NCBI GenBank assembly: GCA_037439845.1
Contig: JBBIVF010000002.1
Span: forward strand, 21,481-57,697
From: Candidatus Woesearchaeota archaeon
GTDB lineage: Archaea; Nanobdellota; Nanobdellia; Woesearchaeales; JBBIVF01
Length of the DNA: 36,217 nucleotides
Reading direction: 5' to 3'
Part shown: one piece after another, positions 17,512-23,382 of the stretch
How the letters are laid out: every line of letters starts with the position of its first letter
Position numbering within the stretch: position 1 is the stretch's first letter
Position numbers and translations under genes: made by a program
Notes under the pieces: generated by a model
The model's input: the letters and a program-made list of their open reading frames with translations, nothing else
Databases searched by the model: none
Told to the model about the DNA's origin: nothing

Positions 17512-17898
17512 TCACCTCAATTCAAGGTATTTTTTTTGCCTTAAGATAATGAGTCTTTTTCCAGAGAGCCTTTTTTTTAGCTCTTTGTCAAGGGTACCGA
17601 TGATGTAATCATCAGCTAATCTGACAATAATGTCATCAGCATAAAGACCCTCTAGTTCCTTGGTTTTTGTAGGTATTATTTTAATGTGTTGTGTTTTCAC
17701 AAGTTCAAGTGCAAGTTTTGCAGCCTTTTTATCCTTCCCTGAGCCTTTTAAAGCAATTTTTTTCAATTCTTCAAGGCTTAAATCCAAAATATATACTTTA
17801 TAATTAAATTCAGCTATTTTTTTGATTTCTCTGAATATATCAAGCCTAAATTGGCCTGGAATCATCAAAAAATTAGTATCTAGGAGTATTTTTTCCAT
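17512..17898 (-). CDS. PIN-domain protein (Fcf1/Utp24-like endonuclease)
   Basis: LLDTNFLM acidic PIN motif. About 128 aa. First gene of the conserved archaeal PIN-rpo7-spt4-S24e-S27ae cluster. Confidence 0.8.
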   Translation of the reverse strand: MEKILLDTNFLMIPGQFRLDIFREIKKIAEFNYKVYILDLSLEELKKIALKGSGKDKKAAKLALELVKTQHIKIIPTKTKELEGLYADDIIVRLADDYIIGTLDKELKKRLSGKRLIILRQKKYLELR

Positions 17899-17997
17899 CT
17901 CAAAACCCTAATCAACGAGCTTATGTTTCTTTAAAAATTTTTATTTTTTTCTGAATAATAAGTAAAACTTTAAAACATACCTTAAAAAATTGATATT

Positions 17998-19299
17998 ATG
18001 ATGAATAAAAAAAAGACACAAGCCATAAATTCCATTATGATTCAAGTGTTGAAGGAGAACAAGCCTTCTGACGCAGAAAAGTCTTTTTTTACAAAAAATG
18101 CTAATTCACTCTTGAAGATAATTAATGCTCAACTCAAGAAAGATAAGATACAAGCAACTGCAGTGGTGGGCGGTTCTTTTGCTAAAGGAACTTACACCAA
18201 AAGGAATTTTGATTGCGATATCTTTGTCAAATTTGAGATGCTATATTCCAATTTTGACATTTCTAAGCTACTTGAGAAATCTCTAGATAAGATACCAGAA
18301 ATAAAATTCAAGAAAATACACGGTTCAAGAGATTATTTTGAATGCAATTACAATGAGATGCATTTCGAGATTGTGCCAGTGCTTAAAGTTAGGAATATAA
18401 AAGATATTAAGAATGTTACTGATGCATCTATTTTTCATGTGAAATGGGTGATTGACAACATTCAGAAAAATAAAAAATTAGTAGATGATATAATCGTAAC
18501 CAAACTTTTTTTGAAAGCCGCCAATATTTACGGTGCAGAATCATTCATAAGAGGTTTTTCTGGTCATGTAGTAGATATAATGATAATCTATTATGGCGGT
18601 TTTATACAATTGCTAGAAGCAGCTTCCAAATGGAAAGATAAAGAAATTATAGATATTAATAAGGTGTATAAAAATCCCTTGAAAGAGCTCAACAAATCAA
18701 AGATAGATTCTCCTCTTATAGTCATTGACCCAATTCAAAAAGACAGAAATGCTGCGGCAGGCCTTTCTGAGGAATCTTATAATGCCCTGAAAAAATTGGC
18801 TAAAGAATTCCTCAAAAACCCGGATATCTCATTTTTCAAGAAGAAACCTTTTTCAATTGATGAATTAAAGAAAGAGTTGAAAAAAGAAAATTCTCTTCTA
18901 TATTCTATTATTCCGGTAAAAGGCAGCAAAGATATAGTTGGAACCAAGATGTTGAAAGTGTTCGAGAGAATAGCCAAGCAGCTCGAACTTAATAACTTTA
19001 ATCTGAAATCCAAGGGTTGGTATTGGAACGAGATTGTTGGAAACCAAGCAGAAGCATACTATTGGTTTGTGTTTAAAGATAAGGTATTTTCAAAAGAAGA
19101 AGAGAGGATAGGCCCTCCAATAAACAGGAAAAATTTCGTTGAGATATTCAAGAAAAAGCATAAGAACACCTATGTTAAAAATAATAGAATATGCGCCATT
19201 GTCAAGAGAAAATATCCCAATCCAGAAGCAATAATAGCTCAGTTGCAGCATGAGAAGTTCTTTATGAATATAAAAGATATGAAAAAGGTCGATATTTAA
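17998..19299 (+). CDS. cca: CCA-adding enzyme (archaeal class I tRNA nucleotidyltransferase)
   Basis: VVGGSFAKGTYTKRNFDCDIFVKF is the G-S...D.D polymerase-beta motif. Size (433 aa) and downstream motifs (RDYF, FHVKW, AESFIRGFSG) fit archaeal Cca. Confidence 0.88.
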   Translation: MMNKKKTQAINSIMIQVLKENKPSDAEKSFFTKNANSLLKIINAQLKKDKIQATAVVGGSFAKGTYTKRNFDCDIFVKFEMLYSNFDISKLLEKSLDKIPEIKFKKIHGSRDYFECNYNEMHFEIVPVLKVRNIKDIKNVTDASIFHVKWVIDNIQKNKKLVDDIIVTKLFLKAANIYGAESFIRGFSGHVVDIMIIYYGGFIQLLEAASKWKDKEIIDINKVYKNPLKELNKSKIDSPLIVIDPIQKDRNAAAGLSEESYNALKKLAKEFLKNPDISFFKKKPFSIDELKKELKKENSLLYSIIPVKGSKDIVGTKMLKVFERIAKQLELNNFNLKSKGWYWNEIVGNQAEAYYWFVFKDKVFSKEEERIGPPINRKNFVEIFKKKHKNTYVKNNRICAIVKRKYPNPEAIIAQLQHEKFFMNIKDMKKVDI

Positions 19300-19922
19300 T
19301 GGCATATCTTCAAAACATTCTCACCTGGACAAAAGACACCTTTCTTCCTTTGGGTCCATATGGCTTGTTTTTTCTCTCAATAATTGAATCAATATTCTTT
19401 CCTGTTCCTCCTGAAGTTATTTTGATACCTTTATGCTTAAGCAAACCATCCTTGTCTCTTTGGTATGGCATTATTGCCAGCATAGGCTCAGTGCTTGGCG
19501 GATTTGTGGGTTATTCAATAGGTTATTACGGTGGAAAGAGAATATTCTTAAGATTGTTTGGAGGCAAGAATTTCTTGAAAATGCACAGGCAATATGATAA
19601 GTATGGAATTTGGGCAGTTATTATAGCAGGTTTCACTCCCATGCCATATAAGATAATTTCCATAGGTTCAGGTATACTTTATATAAAATTCTGGAAATTC
19701 TTAATAGCCTCTGTTGTTTCCAGGGCACCAAGATTTATGACCTCTGCATTACTATTATATTTTTATGGGGAGAGTGTAGTGGGCTTCATTGAGAATTATC
19801 TTGAGATGATATTCTATGCTCTTGCGCTATTGGCAGTTTTAATTATAATCTACTATCTCTACAAGAACAAAGAATATATTCGCAAAAAATTGAGAAGAAA
19901 GAATAAAAAATTGAAAGAATAA
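19299..19922 (+). CDS. DedA/YqaA-family membrane protein (SNARE-associated domain)
   Basis: LGPYGLFFLSIIESIFFPVPPEVILIPL motif. 4-5 TM segments. Start shares one base with the cca stop (TAATG). Confidence 0.75.
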   Translation: MAYLQNILTWTKDTFLPLGPYGLFFLSIIESIFFPVPPEVILIPLCLSKPSLSLWYGIIASIGSVLGGFVGYSIGYYGGKRIFLRLFGGKNFLKMHRQYDKYGIWAVIIAGFTPMPYKIISIGSGILYIKFWKFLIASVVSRAPRFMTSALLLYFYGESVVGFIENYLEMIFYALALLAVLIIIYYLYKNKEYIRKKLRRKNKKLKE

Positions 19923-19936
19923 AAAAAATAAAAAAT

Positions 19937-20083
19937 TTATCTCCTTTTTTTAGCTTTTTTTTTGGCCTTTTTCTTCACTTTTTTCTTCTTCACTTTTTTG
20001 GCCTTTTTCTTTGCGACTTTCTTCCTAGCTTTTCTTTTCACGGCTTTTTTCCTAGCCGCTTTTCTTCTTTTTTTTGCAGCCAT
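19937..20083 (-). CDS. 48-aa Lys/Ala/Arg-rich highly basic microprotein (nucleic-acid-binding-like)
   Basis: Not in the track. ATG at 20081-20083 is preceded by GAGGTGA. Translation is MAAKKRRKAARKKAVKRKARKKVAKKKAKKVKKKKVKKKAKKKAKKRR. The track ORF 19962-20225(+) is its Phe-rich antisense shadow. Confidence 0.5.
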   Translation of the reverse strand: MAAKKRRKAARKKAVKRKARKKVAKKKAKKVKKKKVKKKAKKKAKKRR

Positions 20084-20176
20084 CAGGTCACCTCATAAAC
20101 ATTTTTTATTGCTTTATCGTAAATTATTATTTAAATGTTTTTATTTTATCTTGTCTATTCTTGATTATTTCATTAT

Positions 20177-20216
20177 CAAACATATCAAAATATATTCAAA
20201 CATATCAAAATATATT
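20177..20216. repeat. Perfect tandem direct repeat, 2 x 20 bp (CAAACATATCAAAATATATT)
   Basis: Read directly at 20177-20196 and 20197-20216, in the divergent intergenic region between the basic microprotein gene and the 20358 surface-protein gene. Confidence 0.9.
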
Positions 20217-20357
20217 TTTCCATGATTTCTGAAAAAAATTTTCACTCATATTGATGATGACATAGCAAGATGACATTTTCGAGGAAAATTCCCAAAATAT
20301 TTAAATAGTAGTAAGCATAAGAAAATGTTATCATTGTTACCTTAGAATAGATCCAAA

Positions 20358-21776
20358 ATGAAAATAAAATTAATTTTAATTATGCTTTCAGCATTTTTGC
20401 TAATTTTCTCTACTTTTGTTAATGCTGAAGAGAGAATTGCTTTAGATATTCGTTCTATTCAATCTGAAATAACTCCTGACCAGACTGCAACCTATACTCT
20501 TAAAATTCATAACTTTGATTCTTTTGCAAAAACCTTGATTTTCGTTCCTAAAGATAAAAGATTTACTATTACCTTTGAACCAGCTTATGATCTTGTTAAT
20601 GGAATAGAACTTGAGGCAAATGGAGAAAAAACAACTAAAATACTTGTCAAGCCTATTGAGAATCTGGCGCCAGGTATCTACTATGTTGATTTCACTCTTC
20701 AAGATAGAGTGACTTCAGAAGTCTATAGCACAAATATGATATTGACTTTAAGGCCTAAAACTCTTACTTATCCAATAAATGTAAGCATTCAAGTTGATTT
20801 TTTGAAGAGGTTTGTTCCAACAAAACCCGCATCGGCCATATTAACAATAACAAATAACAATGCAAAAGAATATGGTGAAGTGAAATTAGACCTCTCAAGT
20901 AAGTTCCTCAACCAAGTAATAAATGACAGTTTGGGCCCTTCTGAAATAAAAACATATCATTTCCCTGTGGTTATTGAAAAGAGCACTCCTCCTCAACCAG
21001 ATTCATTGAATGTGAAATTATGGTGGAACAATTCAGTGATAGCAGAGACAAGATTTGATTATGATATTGTCGCGACTCAAGATGTATTTTTAAAAAATAT
21101 TACTACCCAAAATAAATTCTTGCAATCCATAACTGTGCTCAAAGTTACAAATCCTAATAATATACAAGACAAAGAGATAATTTTAATGAAGAAACCTAAG
21201 CTCATGATGCTGTTCAGTTCAGAGCCTGAATATAAGATTGCTAGAGAAGGTAAGAAAGAGTATCTTCAATTCTCAATAACATTGGACCCCAATCAAAGCA
21301 CAGAGATAATACTGAGATATGATTATAGGGTGCCTGTGTTGATATTGTTTGTCTTGCTTATAATTCTGATTTTGGTATATGCCAATGCATCTCCATTGAC
21401 AATAAAAAAGACAGTGGAGGATGTCAAAACTAGTGAAGATATGATAACTTCGTTCAAGGTAATTTTAACATTAAGAAACAGAAAGAACAAACCCATAGAA
21501 AACTTGAAGATATATGAAAGAATAATAAACCTTTGTCATTTTGTTAAAGGTGACTCTCACGAGGTTTTTAAGATTACAAACACAATCAAAGAAGGCACTG
21601 TTGTTGAGTATCATATAGCATCTCTTGAGCCAAAGGAAGAAAGAGTTGTTGCTTATCATGTGAAATCCAAGCTCAAGATAATTGGCGGCATAAGGCTAAA
21701 GCCATCTGTAGTCAAGTTCAAGTATGCAGGAAAAGACCATAAGATAACATCAAATGAGTTAGAGCTCAGAGTTTAG
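20358..21776 (+). CDS. Signal-peptide protein with one internal TM helix (putative cell-surface protein)
   Basis: N-terminal MKIKLILIMLSAFLLIFSTFVNA signal sequence, a beta-rich ectodomain, a TM helix VPVLILFVLLIILILVYA at about aa 325-345, then a C-terminal domain of about 125 aa. Confidence 0.65.
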   Translation: MKIKLILIMLSAFLLIFSTFVNAEERIALDIRSIQSEITPDQTATYTLKIHNFDSFAKTLIFVPKDKRFTITFEPAYDLVNGIELEANGEKTTKILVKPIENLAPGIYYVDFTLQDRVTSEVYSTNMILTLRPKTLTYPINVSIQVDFLKRFVPTKPASAILTITNNNAKEYGEVKLDLSSKFLNQVINDSLGPSEIKTYHFPVVIEKSTPPQPDSLNVKLWWNNSVIAETRFDYDIVATQDVFLKNITTQNKFLQSITVLKVTNPNNIQDKEIILMKKPKLMMLFSSEPEYKIAREGKKEYLQFSITLDPNQSTEIILRYDYRVPVLILFVLLIILILVYANASPLTIKKTVEDVKTSEDMITSFKVILTLRNRKNKPIENLKIYERIINLCHFVKGDSHEVFKITNTIKEGTVVEYHIASLEPKEERVVAYHVKSKLKIIGGIRLKPSVVKFKYAGKDHKITSNELELRV

Positions 21777-22029
21777 GTAATTTGGTTGTTTCTAACATGA
21801 ATTTAATTTTGAGATTCTGTTTTTCTTTTTCATCTAAGTAATTTATGCTTTCAATGTCTTTATAGATGTCTTCTATCAGATTTCTTTTTACTGCAGTGAC
21901 TGGTTCAAAATCACTACATTTTCCAATAAGTATTTTCTGGGCCTTCAATTCAGGAGTGCAGGTTTTTGCGCACCTTTTACAATTGAAATCCATTTTTTTG
22001 CACCTTGAAGGAGAATGAAGATTTGTCAC
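21766..22029 (-). CDS. Small Cys-rich hypothetical protein
   Basis: 87 aa with C..MDFNCKRCAKTC...C, a possible metal-binding cluster. Its 3' end overlaps the convergent gene by 11 nt. The start may be the internal MDFNCKRC (21993). Confidence 0.35.
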   Translation of the reverse strand: MTNLHSPSRCKKMDFNCKRCAKTCTPELKAQKILIGKCSDFEPVTAVKRNLIEDIYKDIESINYLDEKEKQNLKIKFMLETTKLPKL

Positions 22030-22116
22030 TTTCTGAATTGCTCCACTAATCCCCTTCCCTATATAATATATAGGTTGAAGTAATATTTAAATATTGTTTT
22101 AAAAACATCTAAAAAA

Positions 22117-22959
22117 ATGGCAAAAAAAGCCCTTGTTTTGTTCTCAGGAGGCCTTGATTCTAGACTTGCTGTTAGAATAATGCAAGAAAAAGGATATCAG
22201 GTTGAGGCATTACATTTCATTTTGCCCTTTGTCTCCATTAGTAAAAAGAAGCCAAATAATTATGATGAGTATTGTGAAAAACAAAGAGTACCTTTGAATG
22301 TTATTGATGTCACAAGAAATGGTTTGCTTCAAGATTATATTTCTATGATAAAAATGCCAAAATATGGAAGAGGCACTGGCTTAAATCCTTGTACTGATTG
22401 CAAAATCTGGATGTTCAGAAAAGCAAAAGAATTTGCAGATAAAAACAGCTTTGATGTAATTGCAACAGGAGAAGTTCTCGGACAAAGACCAATGAGCCAG
22501 ACAACAAAAAAGATGAAAATTATTGACAAGGAATTAGGATTCAGAATTTGTCGCCCTCTTATTGAAATAGGCATTAGAGGAAGAAATAGAACAAGACAGG
22601 TAGAGCTCGCAAAAAAATACAACATATCCTATCCTCAACCTGCAGGCGGTTGTTTGCTTTGCGAAAAAGAAATGAAAAACAAACTGAAAAGATTGATAGA
22701 TGAGAATGTTCTTGATGAGGATTCGCTGTCATTAATACATATTAAGAAACATTATATAATTAACGGGCAATGGTTTGTGATTGCGAGAAACGAACAAGAA
22801 TCAGCTTTCATAGAAAAGTTCAAGAACTCAGTTGAATCAAACAAGGGCATTCCTGCAATATATTATCATAATCCCGATACAAGAGAGATGGCAGTAAAAA
22901 TACAGAATGATTTCAAGGACAGGGAAAAAAGAAAAGAATATGACAAATACAAGCTCTGA
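22117..22959 (+). CDS. PP-loop ATP pyrophosphatase, ThiI/MnmA-like tRNA thiolation enzyme without THUMP domain
   Basis: PP-loop LFSGGLDS. NPCTDCKIWMF resembles the NPC..C of MnmA. ATGEVLGQRPMSQT resembles TGE.LGQ.ASQT of ThiI. A second CxxC lies in GGCLLCEK. Confidence 0.7.
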   Translation: MAKKALVLFSGGLDSRLAVRIMQEKGYQVEALHFILPFVSISKKKPNNYDEYCEKQRVPLNVIDVTRNGLLQDYISMIKMPKYGRGTGLNPCTDCKIWMFRKAKEFADKNSFDVIATGEVLGQRPMSQTTKKMKIIDKELGFRICRPLIEIGIRGRNRTRQVELAKKYNISYPQPAGGCLLCEKEMKNKLKRLIDENVLDEDSLSLIHIKKHYIINGQWFVIARNEQESAFIEKFKNSVESNKGIPAIYYHNPDTREMAVKIQNDFKDREKRKEYDKYKL

Positions 22960-23117
22960 TTGTTTAAAATCGAGGTTGTTGTCTATTTACGAAGTGATGA
23001 TGTGCAAAATAGAAGCGCTTGCGGGAGGGGTTGTGCCTTACGGGAAGGACCCGCAATCGACTATAACAACGAAAGAGCGTAGTCCGACAACAACCTGCAA
23101 AGCAAGATTTTAAACAA
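22960..23117. ncRNA. Candidate structured non-coding RNA of unknown class (alternative: MITE-like inverted-repeat element)
   Basis: 49% G+C over 22974-23095 by my count, in a background of about 30%. Perfect nested helices: 22960-22971/23106-23117 (12 bp) and 22974-22983/23086-23095 (10 bp). Internal hairpins: 23019-23025/23050-23056 (7 bp, GC-rich), 23059-23063/23080-23084 and 22984-22988/23007-23011. GUGAUGA at 22994-23000. Strand undetermined. Confidence 0.5.
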
Positions 23118-23154
23118 TATCTTGATATGCCCTTTTGCTGATTACACCCATAAC

Positions 23155-23163
23155 TTTTATAAA
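23155..23163 (+). promoter_or_regulatory. TATA box for tRNA-Tyr
   Basis: TTTTATAAA is centred about 28 nt upstream of tRNA position 1 (23187), the usual archaeal spacing. The near-palindromic box could also serve the opposite strand. Confidence 0.55.
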
Positions 23164-23186
23164 TGCGCATTTAATCTCATTATTAT

Positions 23187-23315
23187 CCCCTCGTAGCTCA
23201 ATGGTTAGAGCGCACGGCTGTAGATTTTATCGCCTGTTTGATATGGCCAATGGCCAAAAAGGAGAGCAGGCCAGCTGATACCGTGAGGTTCCCGGTTCGA
23301 GTCTGGGCGAGGGGA
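23187..23315 (+). tRNA. tRNA-Tyr (anticodon GUA) with an intron of about 56 nt in the anticodon loop; no encoded CCA
   Basis: Hand fold: acceptor CCCCTCG/CGAGGGG (archaeal Tyr C1:G72). D arm GCTC-AATGGTTA-GAGC. Anticodon stem CACGG (23213-17)/CCGTG (23281-85), loop CT-GTA-G then intron about 23224-23279. T arm CCCGG-TTCGAGT-CTGGG, discriminator A. Confidence 0.9.
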
Positions 23316-23382
23316 TTTGTTTTCTTTATAACATATCTTTTTAAGAAATTTTTATAAATATAATTGCGATAATAAAAATAAT

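Noticed and set aside
19962-20225. Track ORF (+) encoding a Phe/Leu/Ala-rich 87-aa peptide
   Set aside because: It is the antisense reading of the Lys-codon (AAA/AAG) run of the minus-strand basic microprotein. It has no ribosome-binding site and a nonsensical composition.
20226-20357. Possible C/D-box sRNA (TGATGA at about 20260 and CTGA at about 20231; repeated GATGACAT)
   Set aside because: The box order is wrong (CTGA precedes TGATGA), there is no terminal stem, and the region has normal AT-rich composition. It is more likely promoter sequence for the 20358 gene.
22960-23117. Known RNA classes for the GC-rich element: 5S rRNA, C/D-box sRNA, H/ACA sRNA, SRP RNA, RNase P RNA, second tRNA
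   Set aside because: The inner 122 nt has a 5S-like length but lacks the loop-C/loop-E consensus (no CCGAAC..GGAAGUUAAGC-like string). The GUGAUGA has no CUGA D box within 50-70 nt. No ACA box follows the basal helix. I saw no SRP helix-8 (GGAA...AGCA) or RNase P P4 (GAGGAAAGUCC) motifs. There are no T-loop or D-loop signatures. It is therefore left as unknown class.
22907-23170. Two mirror ORFs (22907-23113 + and 22964-23170 -) across the GC-rich element
   Set aside because: Both exist only because the GC-rich segment lacks AT-rich stop codons. They overlap each other completely, have no ribosome-binding site, and the region folds into nested perfect helices. I interpret it as RNA or an inverted-repeat element, not coding.
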